64,000 nucleotides of DNA from Trueperaceae bacterium (GTDB lineage Bacteria > Deinococcota > Deinococci > Deinococcales > Trueperaceae). The notes beneath the pieces are model-generated. The model was not told the DNA's origin, did no database searches, and saw only the letters and a list, made by a program, of their open reading frames with translations. Every line of letters begins with the position of its first letter. Position 1 is the first letter of the stretch. Position numbers and translations under genes: made by a program. The stretch covers positions 416,001-480,000 of the forward strand of contig CBDCDZ010000004.1 of NCBI GenBank assembly GCA_965215565.1. Reading direction: 5' to 3'. Below are positions 20,670 through 29,739 of the stretch, piece after piece.

Positions 20670-23600
20670 ATGGCTGAGGTTCACGAAACCGCCTACCCGA
20701 GGCTCAAGCATAACCCGAGCCGCCGCGACCTGGAGCGAACGTACACGCCGAGCCGCGAGGAGATCGAGCTGGCTGAGTCGCTCGCTCGGAGTGAGGTCGC
20801 CAAGCTCGGCTTTCTGGTGCTGCTCAAGACCTTCCAGCGGCTCGGCTACTTCGTGCGTTTAGAAGAGGTACCTGTTGCCGTCGTCGAACACATCGCGCGT
20901 AGCTTAGGCTACCTGTTCGTGCCCGTGCGCATCGTCGATTACGACCGGAGCGGCACGCGCACGGCTCACGTCGCAACCATCCGCACCAAGGAGGGCGTGC
21001 GACCCTACGGGCTAAGCGGACCAGACGTCATCGCCCAAGCTATGCACGGGGCGGCGCAAACCCGCGAGGATTTGCGCGACCTCATCAACGCTGCGGTGGA
21101 GGAACTCGCACGCGCTCGCGTCGAGCTACCCGCCTTCAGCACTCTCAAGCGGGCAGCTTATCGCGTCCGCACCGAGGTCAACGCGCACTACCACAGGCTC
21201 ATTCACGATGCTCTGACCGAGGCGGACCGGATCACCTTGACGGCGATCTTCGCCGAACCGCTCGCAGGCGCGACGACCAGCCCGTGGCGGGAGATCAAGC
21301 GCGACCCCGGCAAAGCCACGCTGACCAACCTCGCGGCGCTGCTCGAGCACCACGCCTGGCTCGAAGAACAAAAGCCCACTGTAGACTTCGGCGCACTCCT
21401 ACCCGAGACGAAACTGCGTCAGTTCGCCGCCGAGGGGGACAGCCTCGACTTCGCGCGGATGCGGCAGGTCGAGCCGGTCAAGCGCCTCACTCTGACGGCG
21501 GCGTTAATCCACACCAAGGCGGCACAAGTGCTGGACGACCTCGGTGACCTCTACTGCAAGCGCCTCTATGCGATTCACCGCCGGGGTCGGGAGGCGCTCG
21601 ACGCTTACCACCGCGAGCACCAGAGCCGCACCGACACCTTGGTCCGGGCGCTCAAGGATGTTCTCACCGCCTACCGCACGGGCGGTGACGAGGCGACGCG
21701 CTTTCGCGCCATCCGCGGCGTGGTCGGTCACCGCACGGACGAACTGATCGCGCAGTGTGAAGCGCACGAGGTGTACGCCGACAACAATTACGCGCCCTTC
21801 CTCTGGCGTCCTTACGCGAGCCACCGCGCCACGCTTTTCAGACTGGCTCGAGCGCTGCCCCTCAAAGCCACCACGCAGGACGAAAGTTTCATGGCGGCCC
21901 TCACCTTTCTGCAGGGTAACGAGAAGAGTCGGAGCGACTGGCTCTCGCTCGAAGATCACCCGCTCGACCTATCTTGGCTGGGCGACAAGTGGTGGTCGTT
22001 AGTGACGGATGAAAAAAAGCGCACCCCCTATCCAGCGCGCGTCAAGCGCAAGCACTTCGAGATCGCCGTGTTCAACCAGCTTATGCGCGAACTCAAGTCC
22101 GGTGACGTGTGCATCGAGGGCAGTTTGGCGTATGCCGACTACCGCGCTCAACTCGTTAATGACCAGGAATACGCTGAGCTAGTCACGGCGTTCGGGGTAG
22201 AGGTAGGTTTACCCACCGACCCTACCGCCTTCGTGGACCACATGCGGACGTGGCTTCATGAGGCGGCCACCCGGACCGACCTCACCTTCCCAGCCAACGA
22301 CGCGCTCAGTCTCGAAGACGGACGACCCGTGCTCAAGAGGCGTCGCCGCAAGGTCGCCCAGCGCAGGATTAAACACCTGGAGAAGAAGCTGCGCGAGCGC
22401 TTCACGCCTACGCCCATCCTCGACATCCTTACCGACACAGAAACGCTACTCGCTTGGACGCAGTTCTTTCGACCTCTCTCCGGCCACGACGCCAAGCTGG
22501 AGCACGCCCGCGCGCGTTACCTTACTGCCACCTTTTGTTACGGCTGTAACGTCGGCCCGACCCAGACGGCGCGCTCGCTGCCAGGAGCCGACCGCAAGCA
22601 AATCGCCTGGGTGAATCAGCGCCACATTCACGACGAAGACTTAGAACGTGCCAAGACGCTGCTGATCAACGCCTACAACCGTTTCGCCATCCCCAAGCTG
22701 TGGGGCACGGGTAGAACGGCCTCGGCGGATGGGACCAAGTGGGACGTGTACGAGAAGAACCTCTTGGCGGAGTACCACATCCGCTACGGGGGCTATGGGG
22801 GCATTGGCTACTACCACGTCTCAGACACCTATATCGCCCTCTTCAGCCGCTTCATCCCTTGCGGGGTGTATGAGGCGGTGCATATCTTGGATGGTTTGTT
22901 GGAGAACGACAGCGACATCCAACCGGATACGGTCCACAGCGACACGCACGGGCAGAGCGTACCGGTGTTCGGCTTGGCGCACCTGCTCGGCATCGACCTG
23001 ATGCCCAGGATTCGCAACTGGAAGGACCTAGTCTTCGTTAGGCCGGACAAAGGGCTCCGCTATGAGCACATCGACGCGCTCTTTACCGACACACCTAACT
23101 GGGACCTCATCCGCCGCCACCTACCCGACCTGCTGCGCATCGTGGTGTCGATCAAAGCTGGACGGATTAGCGCCTCGACCATCCTCAAGCGCCTCAGCGC
23201 GTACAGCCGCAAGAATCACGTCTATCAAGCCTTTCGTGAACTCGGACGGGTGGTGCGCACGGGGTTCTTGTTGCGCTACCTCGCCGACGAGGAACTGCGC
23301 GCAACGATCCAAGCGGCGATGAACAAAAGCGAGCAGTTTAACGCCTTCTTGAAGTGGCTCGCCTTCGGCGGAGAGGAAATTCGCACCAACGATAGAGAGT
23401 TGCAGCAGAAGATCATCCGCTACAACCACCTCGTGGCTAACTGCGTCATCTTCTACAACGTTATGACGCTCACGCGGACTGTGAAAGAGCTGCGTGACGA
23501 AGGCTATGAGGTTCCTGAAGAGGTTCTCGCCGGGCTCAGCCCTTACATGACGGAGCACATCAACCGCTTAGGGGAGTACCGCCTCGACCTTTCCAGGGTG

Positions 23601-23678
23601 CCACCTGAGCCCGATTATGACTTCACTTTCACGCTGCCCGAGGAGGCTAAAGCCTCACCGCTTCATGAGAGTCGCTGA
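20670..23678 (+). CDS. tnpA: Tn3-family transposase
   Basis: 1002 aa; ETAYPRL, ASADGTKW, VHSDTHGQS, LMPRIRNWKD, AFRELGRVVRTGFLL, MNKSEQFN; stop lies within the right TIR. Confidence 0.97.
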   Translation: MAEVHETAYPRLKHNPSRRDLERTYTPSREEIELAESLARSEVAKLGFLVLLKTFQRLGYFVRLEEVPVAVVEHIARSLGYLFVPVRIVDYDRSGTRTAHVATIRTKEGVRPYGLSGPDVIAQAMHGAAQTREDLRDLINAAVEELARARVELPAFSTLKRAAYRVRTEVNAHYHRLIHDALTEADRITLTAIFAEPLAGATTSPWREIKRDPGKATLTNLAALLEHHAWLEEQKPTVDFGALLPETKLRQFAAEGDSLDFARMRQVEPVKRLTLTAALIHTKAAQVLDDLGDLYCKRLYAIHRRGREALDAYHREHQSRTDTLVRALKDVLTAYRTGGDEATRFRAIRGVVGHRTDELIAQCEAHEVYADNNYAPFLWRPYASHRATLFRLARALPLKATTQDESFMAALTFLQGNEKSRSDWLSLEDHPLDLSWLGDKWWSLVTDEKKRTPYPARVKRKHFEIAVFNQLMRELKSGDVCIEGSLAYADYRAQLVNDQEYAELVTAFGVEVGLPTDPTAFVDHMRTWLHEAATRTDLTFPANDALSLEDGRPVLKRRRRKVAQRRIKHLEKKLRERFTPTPILDILTDTETLLAWTQFFRPLSGHDAKLEHARARYLTATFCYGCNVGPTQTARSLPGADRKQIAWVNQRHIHDEDLERAKTLLINAYNRFAIPKLWGTGRTASADGTKWDVYEKNLLAEYHIRYGGYGGIGYYHVSDTYIALFSRFIPCGVYEAVHILDGLLENDSDIQPDTVHSDTHGQSVPVFGLAHLLGIDLMPRIRNWKDLVFVRPDKGLRYEHIDALFTDTPNWDLIRRHLPDLLRIVVSIKAGRISASTILKRLSAYSRKNHVYQAFRELGRVVRTGFLLRYLADEELRATIQAAMNKSEQFNAFLKWLAFGGEEIRTNDRELQQKIIRYNHLVANCVIFYNVMTLTRTVKELRDEGYEVPEEVLAGLSPYMTEHINRLGEYRLDLSRVPPEPDYDFTFTLPEEAKASPLHESR

Positions 23679-23705
23679 AATTTACACGAATTGTTGCCGG
23701 ACCTC
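23665..23705 (-). repeat. Tn3 right terminal inverted repeat
   Basis: ATGAGAGTCGCTGAAATTTACACGAATTGTTGCCGGACCTC followed by TATAC. Confidence 0.97.
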
Positions 23706-24563
23706 TATACCCCTGATGGGCTCCTTCACTCCATCTACGAACCTGCTATCGAAACAGGTAGCAGCGGCGAGGTCAGAACCAAGTACTACACCTACGGCAA
23801 GCGCCCTTTCCCAATCACGCTGAGCGAGGCGGCGGGTCCGGACAGTGGCGCGCTGACGACGTACGAGTATGACTGGCGGGGTAACGTCGTCGAAACCACG
23901 CTGCCTACAACGCAAGATGTGGACGGTGCCGACGTCGCCGCGACCGTGACCCAGACCTACGATGAAAACGGCAACCTCATGATGATGGTAGACGCAGAAG
24001 GGTTCGTGACGACGTACTGGTATAACAAGTACAATCGGCTCGAGACCGAGCAGAAGCTGACGCGAAACACCACGACAATTGACAACAAAGCGTTCCCGGA
24101 GAGTGGCGGCCCGAGGACAGATTACTGGTACGACGCGGCGGGCAACCTGATCGGGGAGGAGCGGGGCACCCTCTACACCCATTACGCCTACAACAGCTTG
24201 GGTAAGGTCATCGTCGAGTCGCGTCCTTCTACTGCGAGCAGCGCCGATTCGAATAGAAAGCTCAAGACCTACCGTTTGGACGGTGCGCTCACAGCGCATA
24301 CAACCTATGATTACAGGGGTTCGTTAACAGGGGCAGGGACAAGTACAGTTGCTAAGATAGGTCCCTCCAACCTACCGACAGTAACCAAGCTGTGGGAAGA
24401 GGTCTTACCTAGTGCCAAAAAGCGACGCAAACGTCGAATACCTCGACACCTTTTTGCGAAGTCGCTAAGCGAAGCCGCCGACGCCTTAGGGCGGCTAGAC
24501 TCACCCCCTCGAGATGGTATCTATGTTTGTAAAAAGACTACCAGCAATTTGCAGACAACATAA
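23706..24563 (+). pseudogene. Rhs/YD-repeat protein, 3' continuation, truncated (similarity fades at ~24390)
   Basis: Removing the Tn and one TATAC restores ..RRVYTPDGLLHSIYEP.. in frame; YEYDWRGNV, TYDENGNL, YWYDAAGNL; no Rhs core end (PxxxxDPxG) or toxin tip. Confidence 0.85.
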
Positions 24564-25190
24564 ATTTTTCACGAGCATAGGTATTGTGAAAGATTTCTTA
24601 AACGAGAAGCCTGTTAGCAGCAGATAGAGTATTTAGAGAAACCGTTGAAAACCTCCGCTTCGCTAAAAGGCATTTAGTGTAAGAGATAGCAGTTCCAAAA
24701 CATACTGAGACGGATGAGCGCAGATCTCTGTCCGCAAGGACTAGCGAAATTTCATCTCAAAATGTGCTTGCTGTTTTCTGAAAGCCCGCAGGGACGCAGT
24801 TTTCGCAGAGCGAATGACGTAGTACGCCGTCAGGCAAGCATGTTCTAGAAAGTGAGAGTGTTTCAAACCACCGTCGCTGCGCGAGTACTAACGTAAACCG
24901 AGCTTTGCGAGTTCAGCGACTCAGCTTTAGCTAGCGGGTTGGGCTGAGGTTTACCGTCTTCTGCGAAGCTTACAGATCAGACTTTGATACCTGCCAAGAG
25001 ACGCGGAAATAGATAGAGGATAAGTCCAGCAGTCACGTAGAGTTATCTTCATTAGGTCGAGACGCCGAGCGCCTGGAAGCGCTGAGGTTTCTTTGCTTTG
25101 CTGTTTAGCGTAGGGGAGAGGTAGAGTATGAATAGCACGCTTCACTCACAGCGCAACCAAGCTCGAGTTCAACCTTTAAGCCCTTCTCTG

Positions 25191-26222
25191 CTATTCTCGT
25201 GACAACCGCTCTCCTAATCCTTCCTGTGCTGACCTCGCCCGCTCGCTCGCTTTCTTGCTCGTCACCTTGGCGTAGCGCTGCGTCGTAACCAGACTCTCGT
25301 GTCCCATGAGCGCTTGGGTCTCGAGCAAGCCAACAGACTCCTGCATCATCACGCCGAACGTGTGCCTCAGCGCGTGAACTGCCCTATACGCATTGGGTTG
25401 TTGGGTGAAGGGGTTGACGCCGAACGCCTTTATACATAGAACCCGCAGCTTTTTTCTCAACCCATCCGTTGAGTAAGGGCCCCAGTGACCATACTTACGC
25501 ATGAGCACCCAGTTACCCCGCTGCGGCAGCGCGGCTAGCGCGCGGCTAGTCGCGGCGTCAAAAGGCACGGTGCGCCGCTTGTTCCCCTTCCCCTCAACGC
25601 TGAGAAGTTGATCTTGAAAATCTACATCTCTCCACCTGAGCGAGACGATCTCCTCGATACGTAACCCGCAGAGCACACCCAAAAGTATCGCCACGCGTGA
25701 TACCGAGTCATCCAGATGCTCCGCGGCTTCCAGCAGCGACTTGACGGTCTCGAGCCGATACTCCTCGCGCTTCTCGTGAGGCTTGACCGGGTCAGGAGAG
25801 ACTTTGACCTCATCAAAGGGATTCGTAAGTTCGAAGCCGCACCAGGCGAGCGCCTCGTAAAATCGGCGGGCGGCGATGACCCTAAGATGCACCGTGGCAG
25901 GCGCTTTAGGTTGAGTATCCTCGTCGCCCTGCTCGAGTCGCCTCACATACCCCTGCGCTTCGTCAGCCGAAACCCGTAAGAGGTCCGCGCCACCCCGGTG
26001 CTCGAGCCAGTCGAGCACGCCCCTTCTATACGCGCGCAAGGTGTGCTGGCTGACGCGCGTTCCCTTCTTACCCGTGAACTGTAGATGCGCTACGGTCAAG
26101 CGCCAGAGCACCTCCTCGTCCTCCGAGAGGATTGCCTGCGCTGCTCGCCGCTTGCGCTCGGAGGGGTCTAGTCGCGACCAATCTTGCCAAGCTTGGGATA
26201 GAAGTAAAAGGTCACTCACCAT
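25191..26222 (-). CDS. Tyrosine recombinase/integrase (Xer-like, with N-terminal SAM-like domain)
   Basis: SQHTLRAY, CGLRIEE, GKGNKRR, HALRH, LMGH, TTQRYA. Confidence 0.92.
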   Translation of the reverse strand: MVSDLLLLSQAWQDWSRLDPSERKRRAAQAILSEDEEVLWRLTVAHLQFTGKKGTRVSQHTLRAYRRGVLDWLEHRGGADLLRVSADEAQGYVRRLEQGDEDTQPKAPATVHLRVIAARRFYEALAWCGFELTNPFDEVKVSPDPVKPHEKREEYRLETVKSLLEAAEHLDDSVSRVAILLGVLCGLRIEEIVSLRWRDVDFQDQLLSVEGKGNKRRTVPFDAATSRALAALPQRGNWVLMRKYGHWGPYSTDGLRKKLRVLCIKAFGVNPFTQQPNAYRAVHALRHTFGVMMQESVGLLETQALMGHESLVTTQRYAKVTSKKASERARSAQEGLGERLSRE

Positions 26223-26665
26223 TCATCTCCGCATCATAAGTGTGCTGCTAAAGTTACCGATTAAAGGCTTTCCTCGAATCACCTGCGAAAGTCGTTTTGA
26301 GTTGCTCGGTCTATACTAGTGAGTTAGGCTCGTCTTTCAGTAGCTTTATAGCGTTGGGCGCAACTTGATTCAATCTTACACCAGACCTCTTGCGGAGGTA
26401 AGAGGTGGACGCAATAGCTGGTTTCCACTTTCGCCGAGTAAGCAGCCGTACCTAATTTTAACTATCCTAGATTGCACGGTTTTGAAAGTGCTCTTTTGGT
26501 TCAACGTGAACTAGTACGAGCACTTAGTTCACGCAGTCGGGCGTTAGCTGGGAGTACAAGCAGATACTCCCGGCGGTCAGAGCGGCGGTTTTGTAGGGAG
26601 TCTAGTGCTAGCGTGTGAGCTGCGGTGAGCGTGGGTAGCTCGAGTGCTTTGGCGGACCTAAACTC

Positions 26666-26720
26666 TATTAGTATAATAAGTCATGATAATGTTCAATTAT
26701 CATGACTTATTATACTAATA
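26666..26720. repeat. 55-bp AT-rich palindrome, candidate recombination site
   Basis: TATTAGTATAATAAGTCATGATAAT-gttca-ATTATCATGACTTATTATACTAATA (perfect 25-bp arms). Confidence 0.9.
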
Positions 26721-27129
26721 TTAATTTCTATAGAGGTCCGTCTGAGAATACATCAGGTTTCGAATGTGTGGGTCAGTTTAATTAGGTCGTCGGGCTTCCA
26801 GTCGCGCGGTAATCGTTTGACCTCGAGAGCAAAGAACCGCTTTTAGGTAGCGAAGGTGGTGGAGCACCCTCGCAGAAATCCTGCTAGTCACTTGAGAAAC
26901 CCTGCAACCCCTCAGCATCTCACGTAAATGTAGTTTCACGTCACATAATTAAGAGTGTAGTTTCGTCATGCTGTATGAAATTTCTTGCGAGGACGTGCAT
27001 TCTCACTCTCTCTTTTTACAGTATAGACAACGCGCGCGGCACTGGTCCTGTCAGGGGAAAGGGGGGTTACAACGCACCGCCTACCACATTATTAAGCCAC
27101 TAAGAGGTATCTACGAGGAGGACCTAATT

Positions 27130-29166
27130 GTGAAACACAAGAAGACGCGCTACTTAGCGCCCCTCACAGCTTTTTCGCTGTGTTTGGCGGTGAGCGCCAC
27201 GCTGCTCAGCCTCCTTCCTTATCTCGGGCTAGCCAGCGCACAAACGCAACCTTCGGATTTTTCGTTCGACGCTCCCAAGGTGGCGCTCGCAGGCGTGCCC
27301 TTCGAGCAGACCGTGCGCGCTACCGAGCCGCCTGAGGGAGCACTCGAGCTGCGCGTCGGCGACGAGACCTACCCTGTCGAGCCCGGTATGTTCGAGGCTG
27401 TCGACGACGGAATCGTCTCTGAGGCGACTGTTGAAGACATCGTCGTACCCAATGTAGGCGACTTTGCGATGAGCCTCGTCCGAGACGGACAGACGCTGAG
27501 CGAGGCGTCCTCAAACGCGATCTACGGTTGGCTCTCGGTTCTGCCCGCGCTTCTCGCTATCGTCATCGCCCTCGTCTCTCGTCAAGTTGTGCCTTCGCTC
27601 TTCTTGGGTATCGCTCTAGGCGCGTGGATGACCTACGGGTTATCGTTGCCAGGGCTGTGGTTCGGGCTGCTCGATACGATGCAGGTCTACGTTTTAGAGG
27701 CGCTCGTCCCACCCAGTGGCGACAAAGGGCACATCTCGATCGTCGTATTCACGCTGATGATGGGCGGACTTATCGGTATTATCTACCGTAACGGCGGCGC
27801 TCACGCGATCGCGGACAGGATCAGCTCGCTAGCGAGCAACCGCAGGCGGGGTCAGCTCTCGACGAGTGGACTAGGCTTCGCTATTTTCTTTAGCACCTAC
27901 GCAAACTCGCTTATCGTTGGCAACACGATGCGCCCCGTCACCGACAAGCTCAAAATCTCGCGCGAGAAGCTCGCTTACATCGTGGACTGCACCGCCGCGC
28001 CGCTCGCCGCTATCGCGATCATCTCCACCTGGATAGGGTTTGAACTCGGTCTAATCCAGTCCGCTGTATCCACCATCGGCTTTAGCGAAAACGCCTACTC
28101 CATCTTTCTTAAGTCGATTCCGTACAACTTCTATCCTATTTTGGCGCTTTTCTTCGTACTCGCCGTAGGATTTACCGGGCGAGACTTCGGACCGATGGCA
28201 AAAGCCGAGCGTCGCGCCTTTCATGAGGGCAAGGTCGCGCGCGACGGCGCGTCAGTCGATGACGATTCGAAGGGTGAAGAGGGCGAGGGCGAAGGTGGGA
28301 ATGACTTATACATGAAAGAGAGTGTGAGCAAGCGCTCGTTCAATGCGCTTTTACCGATTGGCACGCTCATCGTCACCGTCGCCGCCGGGCTCTACGTAAC
28401 CGGCGAGGGAGACACGCTGCGCGATATCATCGGCAGCGCACAGTCGAGTCGCGTGCTCGTTTGGGCAGGTTTATTGGGCGTGCTCGTCGCCGCTGCGCTC
28501 TCGATCGGACAGCGCATCCTCTCCATCGGCGAGACTGTCGAGGCTTGGTTCGCCGGTCTCAAGTCGGTACTTTTCGTCATGATCATCCTGACGCTTGCCT
28601 GGTCACTCGCCGCCATCGCAGTAGACATTCACACAGCGAACTACCTCGTCTCCATACTCGGCGACGCGATCCGCCCCGAGTTCCTGCCCGCCATCCTCTT
28701 CGCCCTCTCTGCTGCGGTGTCGTTCGCCGTAGGCACAAGTTGGGGAACGATGGGGATTCTCATGCCCTTAGCGGTACCGCTCGTCTGGACGATCTTACAG
28801 AACTTCGGCATGGCGACGCCCGAATATAATTACATCCTCTACGCGACGATCGGCACCATCCTAGCGGGCAGTGTTTGGGGTGATCACTGCTCACCGATTT
28901 CCGACACTACCATCATTTCCTCCGTCGCGGCGGGCTCTGACCACATCGACCACGTGCGTACACAGATTCCTTACGCACTCGCTGTTGGCGTCGTATCTCT
29001 CGTCGTGGGGCTTATTCCTACGGGGTTTGGTATCCCCTGGTGGCTCACTTTACCCGCTGGCGCGGCTGTTTTGTTAGGTATCCTTTACGTATTCGGCGAT
29101 GACATCGAAGCCGAAGCTGAGGCGCAACAAGATCAGGTTGCAGCAGAGGCGGCCTCGACAGACTGA
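27130..29166 (+). CDS. Na+/H+ antiporter NhaC-family protein with extracellular N-terminal extension
   Basis: GTG start after GAGGAGG; WLSVLPALLAI, IVGNTMRPVTDKLKISREKLAYIVD, GTSWGTMGIL, GDHCSPISDTTI, HVRTQIPYA. Confidence 0.9.
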   Translation: MKHKKTRYLAPLTAFSLCLAVSATLLSLLPYLGLASAQTQPSDFSFDAPKVALAGVPFEQTVRATEPPEGALELRVGDETYPVEPGMFEAVDDGIVSEATVEDIVVPNVGDFAMSLVRDGQTLSEASSNAIYGWLSVLPALLAIVIALVSRQVVPSLFLGIALGAWMTYGLSLPGLWFGLLDTMQVYVLEALVPPSGDKGHISIVVFTLMMGGLIGIIYRNGGAHAIADRISSLASNRRRGQLSTSGLGFAIFFSTYANSLIVGNTMRPVTDKLKISREKLAYIVDCTAAPLAAIAIISTWIGFELGLIQSAVSTIGFSENAYSIFLKSIPYNFYPILALFFVLAVGFTGRDFGPMAKAERRAFHEGKVARDGASVDDDSKGEEGEGEGGNDLYMKESVSKRSFNALLPIGTLIVTVAAGLYVTGEGDTLRDIIGSAQSSRVLVWAGLLGVLVAAALSIGQRILSIGETVEAWFAGLKSVLFVMIILTLAWSLAAIAVDIHTANYLVSILGDAIRPEFLPAILFALSAAVSFAVGTSWGTMGILMPLAVPLVWTILQNFGMATPEYNYILYATIGTILAGSVWGDHCSPISDTTIISSVAAGSDHIDHVRTQIPYALAVGVVSLVVGLIPTGFGIPWWLTLPAGAAVLLGILYVFGDDIEAEAEAQQDQVAAEAASTD

Positions 29167-29439
29167 CAGAACTTAATCACAGACTTGATTACATAAGTAG
29201 GAAGCACTGTACTTCCTACTTATGGCATTCGCAGCAAATGTTGCCATGTACGGACGTTGATTGGTACAAGATTAACGTCGGATTTCGTGAACGCACCCGC
29301 CCGGTTTTAGTTGCCACAGATAAGCATATGAAGTGCTCCGCCGAGAATAGGTCCAAGGTCTATCGGCTCTAAATTGGCAGTAGTATAGTAACTAAGGCTG
29401 CACACGTTGTGTAGATGAAATGTCCAGGTCTCCCCTGCC

Positions 29440-29466
29440 GGTAGCGCGTCGTTGCGACGCGCTACC
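29440..29466. repeat. GTAG-type REP-like palindrome
   Basis: GGTAGCGCGTCG-ttg-CGACGCGCTACC. Confidence 0.55.
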
Positions 29467-29683
29467 TCTTCTATCTCAAGGAACCCGCTCAGAAAAATTC
29501 TGCCGAGTCTCTCTATAGATAAATATATATTTCACAATACCTTTGTTCGTGATATTTTTATGGTGCTACTTTAATTCAAAGGGTCCTGCACATTGCACCC
29601 GCGCTCAACCCCTCATCTACCTTTTCTTTGAAACGAGTGTACAGCTCGGACGCCTCGTGCCACGAGGCGTCCCCTCAACTCAT

Positions 29684-29722
29684 AAATAGCCGCAGCAGAC
29701 TCTGAGTCTGCTGCGGCTATTT
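29684..29722. terminator. Long hairpin, probable (bidirectional) terminator
   Basis: AAATAGCCGCAGCAGACTC-t-GAGTCTGCTGCGGCTATTT just past the dehydrogenase stop. Confidence 0.7.
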
Positions 29723-29739
29723 TAACTGTCAATAGAAGC

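Larger units (their letters stand above)
16622..23705 (+). mobile_element. Complete Tn3-family transposon (7,084 bp) with tyrosine recombinase and nuclease/SMI1 cargo
   Basis: 41-bp perfect terminal inverted repeats, 5-bp TATAC duplication (16617-16621 and 23706-23710), full-length TnpA. Confidence 0.97.

Noticed and set aside
24564..25190. Possible Rhs immunity gene or ncRNA downstream of the Rhs remnant
   Set aside because: No convincing ORF or recognisable RNA structure by eye
26666..26720. Protelomerase telRL site
   Set aside because: The centre is asymmetric (GTTCA) and the adjacent protein has ordinary Xer-like motifs and size
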